IMG/VR virus record: IMGVR_UViG_3300037089_000505
Coordinates: 1-64,000 of that record
Reading direction: 5' to 3' (one strand)
Length of the DNA stretch: 64,000 bases
Source: a virus
Shown here in pieces: positions 9,640 through 18,841 of the stretch. The notes beneath the pieces are model-generated. The model worked only from the letters and a program-made list of their open reading frames with translations. It was not told where the DNA came from and did not search any database. Numbering within the stretch: the first letter of the stretch is position 1; every line of letters begins with the position of its first letter. A program made the translations under genes and the position numbers.

Positions 9640-10704
9640 ATGAGTGATCAGAACACAGCGCTGACGGCAGTAGACGTCAAGTCTTTGTCGAAGCCAGACC
9701 TTTCAAAGGCCTTGGATTTTGCCAAGGCGATCGATCCGGGTAATACCGGAAACCTGATCCAGTACGGCACTGGAGCTCAGGGTAAGATCGCTACTCTTGC
9801 CGACACGATGCTCTCCCAGATCAGGACAAAGGATACCGGCGAAGTCGGAGAGTCTCTTACAAACCTGATGTTCAAGGTGAAGGACGTGGACGTTTCCGGA
9901 TTCACCAAGGACCACAAGGGCCTCTTTGCCAACATCAAGAACAAGGTCGAGCATTTCATGGCGAAGTATGAGAAGCTCGAAACCCAGATTGACCATATCG
10001 TCGACCAGCTCAACAAGAGCAAGATGCAGATGATCACCGACATCAACATGCTCGACCAGCTCTACAAACAGAACAGCGAGTACATGCACAATCTGGATCT
10101 CTACATCGCCGGCGGCCAGGTCCGTCTCGACGAGCTCAAGACCAAGATCCTTCCACAGATGGAAGAGAAGGCCAAGACTTCCGGCACACCGGAAGATGCC
10201 CAGGAGCTCAGCGACTTCAATAACTTCATCGCTCAGGTAGAGAAGAAGCTGTATGACCTCAAGCTGAGCCGGATGATTTCCATCCAGACGGCACCCCAGG
10301 TCAAGTTGATCCAGGGCGGCGACCAGGTTCTAGTTCAGAAGATCCAGAGCTCAATCATGACGACCATCCCGCTGTGGAAGAACCAGATCGTCATCGCCAT
10401 CTCTCTCTTCAGGCAGAAGAAAGCTTTGGGAGTCGAGAAGGCAGTCACCGATGCCACCAACGACCTGCTCCAGAAGAACTCCGAGCTCCTGCACCAGGGA
10501 ACTGTCGAGGTTGCCAAAGAGAACGAGAGGGGCATCGTAGACATCGAAACCCTCCAGAAGACCAACGAGAACCTCATCGCTACGATCGAAGATTGCATCC
10601 AGATCCAGGAAGAGGGAAAGCAGAAGAGAGCAGCGGCCGAACAGACCCTGACCCAGCTCGAGAGCGATCTCAAGGCTAAGCTCACCCAGAAACGCAGCGC
10701 ATAA
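9640..10704 (+). CDS. telA: TelA/KlaA toxic anion resistance protein
   Basis: IQYGTGAQ, SIQTAPQVKLIQ, TTIPLWKNQ, ATNDLLQKNSELL, ERGIVDIETL motifs. Confidence 0.9.
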   Translation: MSDQNTALTAVDVKSLSKPDLSKALDFAKAIDPGNTGNLIQYGTGAQGKIATLADTMLSQIRTKDTGEVGESLTNLMFKVKDVDVSGFTKDHKGLFANIKNKVEHFMAKYEKLETQIDHIVDQLNKSKMQMITDINMLDQLYKQNSEYMHNLDLYIAGGQVRLDELKTKILPQMEEKAKTSGTPEDAQELSDFNNFIAQVEKKLYDLKLSRMISIQTAPQVKLIQGGDQVLVQKIQSSIMTTIPLWKNQIVIAISLFRQKKALGVEKAVTDATNDLLQKNSELLHQGTVEVAKENERGIVDIETLQKTNENLIATIEDCIQIQEEGKQKRAAAEQTLTQLESDLKAKLTQKRSA

Positions 10705-10718
10705 TTTCGGTACTATAC

Positions 10719-10758
10719 CTGGCCCTCCCTAGTTGGGGGCCAGATCATTTCTTTTTTT
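10719..10758 (+). terminator. Intra-operon hairpin with U tract
   Basis: ctggccctcc...gggggccag then tttcttttttt. Confidence 0.55.
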
Positions 10759-10773
10759 ATAGGAGGACTCTAA

Positions 10774-12459
10774 ATGAAGCGTGGTTTGATTGGTGCTCTG
10801 ATTGTCATCGGAGTCATCGTGATCGGACTGGTACTCAGGTTCGTAGTCCTAAAGGCACCGTCTACCGGCGCTTCTACGACTGCCGCACCCAGTTCAGCGA
10901 GCGGACTCACCTTTGCCAAGGCAGCCCCTGTGACTTTGCCGCCGGTTGGCGGATACAAGCTGTCTACGGTAGATTTGGGAGAGGGACCCGTTCCTCTCAT
11001 CACAATCCCGCTTGACACCTGGGGTGGATACGCTGCTATCTTCGCAGCAAACGGCGGCACAAATCCGAATAAGGAAAGTCTCTTCTATAAGAAGGGGCAC
11101 TTCGCTGTGAAGATCGTTAGCGAAGAGAGTTCGGAAAAACAGCTCCAGGGCTATGCAAGTGGCCAGTGGCCCATCATCTGGACCCAGATGGATGCAATGC
11201 CTCTGTTCCTTGACGCTTACAAAGTTGATAAGCGAGTTGCACCCAAGGCACTCATTCTACTCGACTGGAGTGACGGCGGAGACGGAATTCTGTTCAGGAA
11301 CTCTATCAAGTCGGCGGCCGACCTAAAAGGCAGAATCGTCATTACTTCTAGCAACACGCCATTCAGTTTTATGCTGCTTTGGTATCTGGCTCAGAATGGT
11401 TTGACCGGAAACGATGTCCGGGTTGCTTGGATTGACGATGGTGATAAGGCTCTGAAAACATTCAAGCAGAACAAGGACGTCGCAGCTTGGGTCAGCTGGA
11501 CTCCTTACATCAATGACGCTGCAGATCCGAAGTCGCCCAACTACATTGACGACGCTCATCTGGTCATTTCTTCGAAGGATGCCAATCAAGTTATCGCTGA
11601 CCTCCTCATGGTTAGAAGCGACCTTTTGGCGGACAAGCCCGAAATGATGCAGGCTTTTGTCGAGGCAATCATGGAAGGGACCCAGATGATTCAGGATACG
11701 CAGACACTGAACATCATGGCAACCTTCTACAAACTGAAAACGGCTGCTGAAGCAAAGGATATGCTCACTGATGTGCATATTGCGAACTTCCCGGAGAACA
11801 AGATGTTCTTCGATCCAAACAACTCTATTGGCGCCTACAAGGTCTTCAATCTTGCCCAGGAATATTACAAGCAGCTCGGCGCACTTGGAGCTGATGCCAG
11901 CTATGATCCCGAGCGAATTCTTGCTCCGAAAATCATGGCTGCTTTGGACAAGAAAGGCATCTTCGCCAATCAGAAGAATATGATGGCTAACTCCTTTAAT
12001 AAGAAGGCTGGCCTGGATATCTCTGATCTTGAGAGCGGAAGAGTAGTACTCAATAACACCATGCAGCTCTACTTTGATGCCCAGCAGGTCACCTTTGATC
12101 CCACTAGCCTGAATCCGGCAATCCAGAATAACATGAAGCTTCTAGCCCAGGTCGCAGAACAGACCAAGTTCCTGGCTACTACAGTCGTGAAACTGGATGG
12201 ATACCTGGATACTTCCAAGGTAGCTGAATTCAAAGACCCAGTTAAGCACCACCAGCCTTCGGACTTTATCGAGGCCGCTGCCAGTGCAAAGAATCTTTCC
12301 AAGAAGAGGGCAGACTTCGTCAAGTCAATCCTTGTCAAGAACTTTAAGGTCGACCCCGACCGAATCTACACCTCAGGCAAAGGTTGGGATAATCCACTAT
12401 CCGACACTGAGCCTGACAAGAACCGCCGGGTTGAAGTCCGGTTCCTTTCTCTCGAGTAA
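10774..12459 (+). CDS. Membrane-anchored NMT1/SsuA-type solute-binding domain fused to a C-terminal OmpA-like domain
   Basis: N-terminal TM; DTWGGY, LDWSDGGDGI, VSWTPY, IADLLMV; C-terminal LSKKRADFVK...GKGWDNP...NRRVEV. Confidence 0.8.
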   Translation: MKRGLIGALIVIGVIVIGLVLRFVVLKAPSTGASTTAAPSSASGLTFAKAAPVTLPPVGGYKLSTVDLGEGPVPLITIPLDTWGGYAAIFAANGGTNPNKESLFYKKGHFAVKIVSEESSEKQLQGYASGQWPIIWTQMDAMPLFLDAYKVDKRVAPKALILLDWSDGGDGILFRNSIKSAADLKGRIVITSSNTPFSFMLLWYLAQNGLTGNDVRVAWIDDGDKALKTFKQNKDVAAWVSWTPYINDAADPKSPNYIDDAHLVISSKDANQVIADLLMVRSDLLADKPEMMQAFVEAIMEGTQMIQDTQTLNIMATFYKLKTAAEAKDMLTDVHIANFPENKMFFDPNNSIGAYKVFNLAQEYYKQLGALGADASYDPERILAPKIMAALDKKGIFANQKNMMANSFNKKAGLDISDLESGRVVLNNTMQLYFDAQQVTFDPTSLNPAIQNNMKLLAQVAEQTKFLATTVVKLDGYLDTSKVAEFKDPVKHHQPSDFIEAAASAKNLSKKRADFVKSILVKNFKVDPDRIYTSGKGWDNPLSDTEPDKNRRVEVRFLSLE

Positions 12460-12475
12460 GGGAAAGGCAAAGAAC

Positions 12476-13291
12476 ATGAAGAAAGCAATACCAGTTCTTT
12501 TGCTGGTTGCTCTTCTGATGGGATGCGGAGGGTCTTCACCCTCCGCCCCTTCTAATGCAGCAACATCAGAGCAGCACAAGTCTCCATTTGCAGGAACGCC
12601 CGGCTATATCCTGCAGTTTCACAACGACTTCAGATCGGGCATGAATGCAGTCGACGAATCCGGCATCTCCGTGGCCATTGCGATGGATGTGAGCGGATCT
12701 ATGGGAGACGCACCCCAGGCAGGAGGAGAGCCCAAGTATATTCAGGCAACCAAAGCTCTCCGCACTGTTGCAGGCTATCTCGAAGATATGGCTAGTAAAT
12801 TGAAGGATATGAAGATTCGAGTTTGTATCCTGAGATTCAACAACCAGGTCGATCTAGTGCTTCCGCTGACTACCTTAGACGCCGATGGGATTGCAAAGTT
12901 GAATGCAGCAATCAATCCTCGGAATTTCTCCCCCAATGGCGGAACGGCGATCGGAAGAGCCATGGAAATCGAGTCTGAGATTCTTGCCGAATCTGGAACT
13001 GTCTTCAATAGCTTGATGGTAGTGACAGACGGCGAAAACAATGTCAACCCCGACCCAGAAGATGTCATGAAGGCGATTTACAGCAATCGCAACAATATGA
13101 CTACCGAAGACTTTCAAGTCATGACGTCAACACAGATGTCGAGCTTTATCGGCTTTGATGTTCGGTCACGTCAGTTTGAAAGATTCAAAGAGCTGGGAGC
13201 TAGAGTAGCTTCAGCTAACAGTCAGGCCGAAATTGAACAAGGTCTCAAATCGTTCCTCGAGGCTGACATCAAAAACCTGGAAAGCAAGTAA
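12476..13291 (+). CDS. vWA-domain lipoprotein
   Basis: Lipobox LLMGC; MIDAS DVSGSM, GGTAIG, VVTDGE; start ATG 12476. Confidence 0.85.
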   Translation: MKKAIPVLLLVALLMGCGGSSPSAPSNAATSEQHKSPFAGTPGYILQFHNDFRSGMNAVDESGISVAIAMDVSGSMGDAPQAGGEPKYIQATKALRTVAGYLEDMASKLKDMKIRVCILRFNNQVDLVLPLTTLDADGIAKLNAAINPRNFSPNGGTAIGRAMEIESEILAESGTVFNSLMVVTDGENNVNPDPEDVMKAIYSNRNNMTTEDFQVMTSTQMSSFIGFDVRSRQFERFKELGARVASANSQAEIEQGLKSFLEADIKNLESK

Positions 13292-13297
13292 AGAAAC

Positions 13298-13324
13298 AGC
13301 CCCTCTTAACCGAGGGGCTTCTTT
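13298..13324. terminator. Probable bidirectional terminator between convergent genes
   Basis: agcccctc-ttaacc-gaggggct flanked by A-rich and T-rich tracts. Confidence 0.75.
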
Positions 13325-13329
13325 GTGTG

Positions 13330-13713
13330 TTAAGAAGTAGAATTCGGGGGCGTGCCGCTATAAGCTGAAGAAGTATAATTGCCGCCGCCCGTTAGCTGAT
13401 TATAGACACTGCTTGTAATGGCATAAGATCCTGTTGTAGTGGTTATTGGAAGTGCTGTCGTAGTAGCAGTAGTTGTAGTGTTACCATATGTTGTGTAATA
13501 AGCCATCATCTGTTTCCAGAACTTGCAACACCTCTTTTTTGGAAGCGTCCCTAAGACGTCGCATGTTTCTACATATTCAATCTTTGCTGTGGCACTGTAA
13601 TTAGAGCCAGCGCTAATGATCACATTCGTGGCTGTAGTTGGATCACAGAGTTTGAACTTACAATTATCGCAACTTCGTCCTTTCAACATATTTTTGACTG
13701 TTTCTTTGTCCAT
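13330..13713 (-). CDS. Cys4 miniprotein with Thr/Ser-rich tail
   Basis: DKETVKNMLKGRSCDNC...TC...CCKFW then TTTTATTT. Confidence 0.65.
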   Translation of the reverse strand: MDKETVKNMLKGRSCDNCKFKLCDPTTATNVIISAGSNYSATAKIEYVETCDVLGTLPKKRCCKFWKQMMAYYTTYGNTTTTATTTALPITTTTGSYAITSSVYNQLTGGGNYTSSAYSGTPPNSTS

Positions 13714-14138
13714 TATTTTTCTTTCTTTTCAATCTTGTTGAAAGCTCCCTTTTCGATAAATATAAATTCGATTTCACCTTTTTTGTTTTTCACTTTCATC
13801 TCGGGTGTAAGGTCAAGCTCTAACATAGCCGACTGTCGATCTTTGGCGATTACAGTTTGACTAGTTAAGATCTTACACTCTTTTTTATCGACTGCGATAA
13901 CTTCATAGATAAACATTCTTTCTTCCATTCTCTCCTCCTTGGCGACTACAACTGGTGTTATCCATGTTGCCGGAATAATTACTGGCATTGGGATGTAAGC
14001 GGGCATTGGTATTGTGTAAGTAGGTTGATAGTAGTTAATATTATCCCAATATTGATACGTTGGACAATTAGTCCCCGTCCCACAATCTGAAACACCAATT
14101 GTGCAATTATTATCTGCAGTTAAAAATCTTGTACTCAT
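13713..14138 (-). CDS. Hypothetical protein
   Basis: Overlapping ORF in the minus-strand operon; the true start may be the internal M after ggagga. Confidence 0.5.
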   Translation of the reverse strand: MSTRFLTADNNCTIGVSDCGTGTNCPTYQYWDNINYYQPTYTIPMPAYIPMPVIIPATWITPVVVAKEERMEERMFIYEVIAVDKKECKILTSQTVIAKDRQSAMLELDLTPEMKVKNKKGEIEFIFIEKGAFNKIEKKEK

Positions 14139-14617
14139 TTTATTTCTCCGTTAAGATCTATTAGAATATCTGACGTAGATGTCGTTGCGCCAGAAGCATT
14201 GTAGCTTGTAGTGCTAGTGATGGCGGTAGTGTTGGTTATTTGTGTCAAATTAATAGAATTACTAGAGGAAGAATAATTGACAGCCCAATTGTTAGCAGAT
14301 GGTATAGAAACTGAATTCACGAAAGCAGTATTGACTGACATTACAGTGGCGCTAGCCGAAGGAGAAGAAACTGCTAGCTGCAGAAGTCTCTCAAGTTCCT
14401 GAATCGCGATGTCTTGGTATTTGTTTTTGAAACTTTGCCAAACGTCTTTATCGATTTGAACTATACTTGTTTCACTCGATGTAGGTTTTTGATAATTCGC
14501 CATGATTTTTTCAAGAGTGTCTGAAGCATTCGGTGCCTTCTCTCTAAACTCTTCCCAAATTTTTTTATTAACTGATATCCCGGGTTTAATTCTTTTAGAT
14601 ATTAATGATCTTGCCAT
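14135..14617 (-). CDS. Putative ribbon-helix-helix DNA-binding protein with Ser/Thr/Asn-rich tail
   Basis: Two repeats ISVNKKIWEEFREK / VQIDKDVWQSFKNK. Confidence 0.5.
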   Translation of the reverse strand: MARSLISKRIKPGISVNKKIWEEFREKAPNASDTLEKIMANYQKPTSSETSIVQIDKDVWQSFKNKYQDIAIQELERLLQLAVSSPSASATVMSVNTAFVNSVSIPSANNWAVNYSSSSNSINLTQITNTTAITSTTSYNASGATTSTSDILIDLNGEIK

Positions 14618-15202
14618 ATCTATCCGTCCTTATCCTAACAAATTTAAAATCAGGATATATTTTTTCAATTTCAATCTGTCTGATTTTATCTTTTTCTTTG
14701 AGTTGATCGTGATAATAGTGAGTTGTTTCGTCCCATTCTATTATTAACTTTTTCTCAAAATTAATGTAATCGACCCAATAACCTAACTCTTCAATGTAAT
14801 GCTCACCTCCATTAGTTCCATATTTACCAACGGTTTTATTTTCTTTATCAAATTTTTCAAACCACTCACAAGAGTTTAGATTGAAAGATGGACAAATTCC
14901 TTGAGCCTTGAGTCTTCCAGAAAAATCTTGTCTCATATACTTTCTCTAGGATCTGTCCAGCGCTTCTTTTGCTCTTCGCTTTTCTTTTTCTTATTTTCTT
15001 CAGTCACAATATGATGTAAGGTAAAGCATTTATGAGAGCAGTATTTATTACCAGTAAATAGCTTACCACAACCCACGCACAATTTTAGAGTTCTTCTAAC
15101 AGATTGAAGATAACATTTCTTACTACAATAAGTTTTGCGTGGAGTTATTTTATTATTACAGCCTTTACAAAATTTATCTGGCATAACTTTTTTCTTGGCC
15201 AT
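14595..15202 (-). pseudogene. Split (frameshifted) Zn-finger + PD-(D/E)xK-type homing endonuclease
   Basis: 14933..15202 encodes CxxC...YCSxxC repeats; 14595..14936 encodes GKYGTNGGE...YWVDYINFEKKLIIEWDE, paralogous to the single ORF 19630..20451. Confidence 0.6.
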
Positions 15203-15269
15203 GCGTGGCCAACAATTTTATCTTGTGAAAAATTATGCTTTCTTGGAGGTAAATTAGAAAAGTTAAAAA

Positions 15270-16397
15270 TTATTCTTCTTCAGGTTCGGGCTGCCAAGGT
15301 AGATTCTTTATTATGCTATGATTTTGCTTTGGATCAAAACCTTTAGTAGGTGAGTATTTAATTTCTATCTCGTCGTCATAGCCGCCTTGCCCTTCTGGCG
15401 TATAAAAAGAGCACGAGAAATAACCGTTGTGATAATCAATACCGCCATCCATAATTTGTGGTATTATCCATTTTACTTCATCAACTTGAGGATCATACTT
15501 CATTAAGCCCGATCTTTCTTTACCGTAGGCCTCTTGAAGATTAAAGAAATAACCAGCAGCACCTAAGTTGTCGATATTTATATAGTTTTTCTTGCTTAGG
15601 GGTATTATCCATTTTTGAGTTTTAACGTTATAAACACCCTGTTTGTCACCATCGGTCATCGTGAAAAGATTATATTTTTCTAATCGCTCTACATCGTCAT
15701 ATTTAAATGGAAGAACTATTTTACCCGTTAAACTCATTATACCCGTATAGCCATTAGCATCAATTAATTCAAACCAAGTATCAAAAAAGTTTTTAGGATT
15801 CTTGTCTCTTATATAGCTTATATCACTATAAAGACCGAAAGGAATAGTCATAGCATTTGTAGATTTATTGTATACGCCGTTTTGACCTTTGTGATTTTCT
15901 ACATAGATAAATGGATCAAACCAATTTACTTTTCTAACCCAAACTTCATCGGCGTGTGATTTGAAATTTTTGTCGAATACTTCTTTAACGTCCTTCTTGT
16001 TTTTGAACCACCAACCGCCTACTGGTTTAGTAGTCTTTCCAAATTGTCTATACACAAACGGTAGAATCGTTTTACCAGTAACCGAATCTAGGACGCCAAT
16101 ATTGTCGTTTTGGTCTTCAGCAATTAAATATTTAGGGCCTGCGTCTTCATGAATTTCGTCGTATTTGATTAGGGTTAATTTTTTTCCCTGAGGCGAAAAA
16201 AGACCCCATCTATGATTTCTTCGACATAAAAAATAACGACTTGGATATTTAGATTTCCACTCTGCAAACGTATTGTCTAATACAGTTTGCTTTCCTTCCC
16301 TATTACGAAGACCAAATTCGCCCTCTTTTTGGAATGGCTGAACGCCGTATTTATTAGGTTCTCCGAAATATTTGATTGCTTCTAATAGTGTTGTCAT
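15270..16397 (-). CDS. WG-repeat (beta-repeat) protein
   Basis: Repeats G-h-h-x-x-x-G-K-x-I-h-P-F-x-Y-D; start ATG 16397 (MTTLLEAIK). Confidence 0.7.
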   Translation of the reverse strand: MTTLLEAIKYFGEPNKYGVQPFQKEGEFGLRNREGKQTVLDNTFAEWKSKYPSRYFLCRRNHRWGLFSPQGKKLTLIKYDEIHEDAGPKYLIAEDQNDNIGVLDSVTGKTILPFVYRQFGKTTKPVGGWWFKNKKDVKEVFDKNFKSHADEVWVRKVNWFDPFIYVENHKGQNGVYNKSTNAMTIPFGLYSDISYIRDKNPKNFFDTWFELIDANGYTGIMSLTGKIVLPFKYDDVERLEKYNLFTMTDGDKQGVYNVKTQKWIIPLSKKNYINIDNLGAAGYFFNLQEAYGKERSGLMKYDPQVDEVKWIIPQIMDGGIDYHNGYFSCSFYTPEGQGGYDDEIEIKYSPTKGFDPKQNHSIIKNLPWQPEPEEE

Positions 16398-16711
16398 CTT
16401 TTGAAACTCCATACAGTGTATTCAAATATTATCTTTATCAGTTTCTTAGCTCTATTCTTGAGGTTATTCCAAATCCGTGGATCGTCTGACATTTTTATAA
16501 CTCGACCGTATCTAAAAGGTAAGTATTGGTCCGATAGTCTACGAAGCGGCTGGTTGCTATTAAGCGTCTTGGTATCTAGTAAATCTATTATGATCACAAT
16601 TCCAGAGCCCCAATCTTTTTCGTCATAACCCAAATAGAGCCAAATAGATTCAGGATGATGCGCAACTTTCCCACCCTTCCAATATATGATATCAAATGGC
16701 TTAAACTTCAT
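16394..16711 (-). CDS. Small protein, C-terminal hIKxhF family
   Basis: Ends AKKLIKIIFEYTVWSFKR. Confidence 0.6.
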   Translation of the reverse strand: MKFKPFDIIYWKGGKVAHHPESIWLYLGYDEKDWGSGIVIIIDLLDTKTLNSNQPLRRLSDQYLPFRYGRVIKMSDDPRIWNNLKNRAKKLIKIIFEYTVWSFKR

Positions 16712-17351
16712 GCTTCATATATCCATAAATATACTTCAAAAATCTCTTTTTCAAAGCTAGATCTTTTTCAAGAGCGGCATTAAACGAAACTAAAAATATA
16801 GAATTTTGTAGGTATTTTGATTGTTGGAAGTTGGCTATATCTTTGTCTGGCGCGCCTTTAGACTTTAAATAGTCTACAAGGCCAGCTGCATAAGCCATCA
16901 ACTCTAATTTATCACTGAAGTATTTTTGTAAATCATTCTTATACTTCATAGTTATTTCTGGACTTTTGCCAGCTTTGAAAATTCTTTTATTCTGAGCTAC
17001 ATGTATTAATTCATGCTTTATAGTTTCGTTCTGCTCGTGCACAAATAAATCATATCTGCCTCTTTCCAGCCAATCTATATTGTTGGCATCTATGTAAATG
17101 TTGATTATGTTATCAGCCCCGACTCCGCCACCTTTACTAATTGGTTTCTTATCTTTGGCATCAGCTACAAATTTGATATCAAACTTCGATACTTTGCCAT
17201 TGAGGAAGTTAGCAATAGCCTCAGCTTTGTTTTGCCTAGTGGTGCCACGCCGCAAGTGAAATAGAACTCCACTTTTGTTGTTGATTAAGATTTTATTAAA
17301 AGAGTCTACTATAGATTTTTCAGGAAATAATACGGCCTCAGCTAATTTCAT
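16701..17351 (-). CDS. Zincin-like metallopeptidase with MKLxE leader
   Basis: HELIH (HExxH) plus downstream ELMAYA; starts MKLAEAVLFPE. Confidence 0.7.
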   Translation of the reverse strand: MKLAEAVLFPEKSIVDSFNKILINNKSGVLFHLRRGTTRQNKAEAIANFLNGKVSKFDIKFVADAKDKKPISKGGGVGADNIINIYIDANNIDWLERGRYDLFVHEQNETIKHELIHVAQNKRIFKAGKSPEITMKYKNDLQKYFSDKLELMAYAAGLVDYLKSKGAPDKDIANFQQSKYLQNSIFLVSFNAALEKDLALKKRFLKYIYGYMKHEV

Positions 17352-17629
17352 TTTGCAGCTAATTTTAAAATTTCTTGTCGGTGTTGTGAGATAAATTCCA
17401 TCTCTTTCTCAGAGCTGTAGTATTGCTCAAAGAACTCATCGACAAAACTGTCTAACATGTCTACTCTATCATTTAAACTAGCTGATTCCCATTCGTCTTG
17501 CATCTCTTCATCATCAGGCATAAACTTGTCCATGTTATATGAGACATTCTGTGCTATTTCTTTTATTTGTGCCGATGGTGAAGGTTTCTTACTTTTAGTA
17601 ACACCCTCAAAAAGTTGTGATAAATTCAT
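17348..17629 (-). CDS. Acidic small protein with MNLSQLFE leader
   Basis: Start ATG 17629 lies 7 nt downstream of AAGATAA on the minus strand. Confidence 0.6.
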   Translation of the reverse strand: MNLSQLFEGVTKSKKPSPSAQIKEIAQNVSYNMDKFMPDDEEMQDEWESASLNDRVDMLDSFVDEFFEQYYSSEKEMEFISQHRQEILKLAAK

Positions 17630-17632
17630 TGT

Positions 17633-17657
17633 AAGATTATCTTGCATATTTTTCAAT
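17633..17657. promoter_or_regulatory. Back-to-back promoter element (AAGATAA leftward, CATATT rightward)
   Basis: ttatcttgcatatttt, duplicated at 18104-18119. Confidence 0.6.
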
Positions 17658-17834
17658 ATGACCGCCACTAAAGAGCAAATCATAAATCTAATAATAGGAT
17701 GCGATAAATGCGGCCATCGAGGCACTTCAAAAACTGATGTTTGCAATCCGCCATATAGTGGTAAATGGCGCCCAATTACTAATTTGGGTTGTGAAAATTA
17801 TTTGGCGCCAAGTGATTGGCATAAGTCTAAATAG
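17658..17834 (+). CDS. Cys4 miniprotein
   Basis: MTATKEQIINLIIGCDKC...VC...WRPITNLGCENY; CATATT 7 nt upstream. Confidence 0.65.
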   Translation: MTATKEQIINLIIGCDKCGHRGTSKTDVCNPPYSGKWRPITNLGCENYLAPSDWHKSK

Positions 17835-18099
17835 TTTCCTTCTTATTAAACGCCCGCCTGATTATGATTTGCTTTGCCCGCCACAAACTGAAATGAGTAG
17901 GAAAGTCGCTAGCATAATAAAAATCGAGACTGTCGGTATCACCATAATTACGACGCCAAAAAATCCTTGGTCTGTGGCGTTCTTCAAATGACAAAAACCA
18001 AACCTTCTTAGGCGACTTTTTTACTACTATAAGCAAGTCATTATATGTGCCCAAAATAGTTCCAATTTTTAGATCTTCAAAATCGTATTGGTCAGCCAT
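17827..18099 (-). CDS. Small protein, C-terminal hIKxhF family
   Basis: MADQYDFEDLKIG... ends AKQIIIRRAFNKKETI; AAGATAA 4 nt upstream. Confidence 0.6.
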   Translation of the reverse strand: MADQYDFEDLKIGTILGTYNDLLIVVKKSPKKVWFLSFEERHRPRIFWRRNYGDTDSLDFYYASDFPTHFSLWRAKQIIIRRAFNKKETI

Positions 18100-18124
18100 A
18101 AAGTTATCTTGCATATTTTAGTAT

Positions 18125-18283
18125 ATGGACAAATGCGAAGTCATCATCTTACTAAAAGCTTCTTGTGAGACTTGTGTTAAGCGATGGCCACATCATTCTT
18201 TTTGCAAAAGAGACTATAATAATGTATGGTGGCCTATCACGAATTATGGATGTGAACATTGGGAAAGAGTCTATTCCCTTTAG
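18125..18283 (+). CDS. Cys4 miniprotein (not in ORF track)
   Basis: MDKCEVIILLKASCETC...FC...WWPITNYGCEHW; paralog of 17658..17834. Confidence 0.6.
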   Translation: MDKCEVIILLKASCETCVKRWPHHSFCKRDYNNVWWPITNYGCEHWERVYSL

Positions 18284-18806
18284 CTAAATTGTCTTTACGC
18301 CATAAGGGCTGAAGGTTAGCTAAAGACCAACACTGCTTAAACTCAGGATCATTAGCGTCAGAATACTCCCACCAAGATTCTGGTATTTTGTGATCGATGT
18401 GCCATTTACCATAATTATCCCAAGACATTCCTGGTGTCCACAAATTTTCCAGATGCCGCTTTAATTCTTCTACCGTCCAATTAACTAACGTCTCCCACTT
18501 ACGACCCTTTTTATTTCCTCTTAACGACTTACGAATTGCGCTACTCAAGTTCTTTTCAAGTTGGTATTGAGGTTCAGAACGGCGAGCTTTCTTGTATTCA
18601 CGCTGGTATTTTCTGAATCTAGGCTCATTCCGATAAGTTTCAAAATAAATATTTCGGGCTGTTCTGTGTTCAGCTGATTTATTGTGTGCTCTTCTCTTAG
18701 CTTTCCTATGAGGTTGATTTTTACGAGCTCCCCATTTGATTCTATATTCTAACGTTTGTCGGTAAAGATGACGCGCTAAGACTTTTTCTTCTGGTGTTCT
18801 TTTCAT
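18237..18806 (-). CDS. HNH homing endonuclease
   Basis: GMSWDNYGKWHIDHKIP...NLQPLWRKDNLAKG; basic N-terminus. Confidence 0.85.
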   Translation of the reverse strand: MKRTPEEKVLARHLYRQTLEYRIKWGARKNQPHRKAKRRAHNKSAEHRTARNIYFETYRNEPRFRKYQREYKKARRSEPQYQLEKNLSSAIRKSLRGNKKGRKWETLVNWTVEELKRHLENLWTPGMSWDNYGKWHIDHKIPESWWEYSDANDPEFKQCWSLANLQPLWRKDNLAKGNRLFPNVHIHNS

Positions 18807-18841
18807 ACTATTATGTAAAGATAATTATGCGGAGGCGATTT

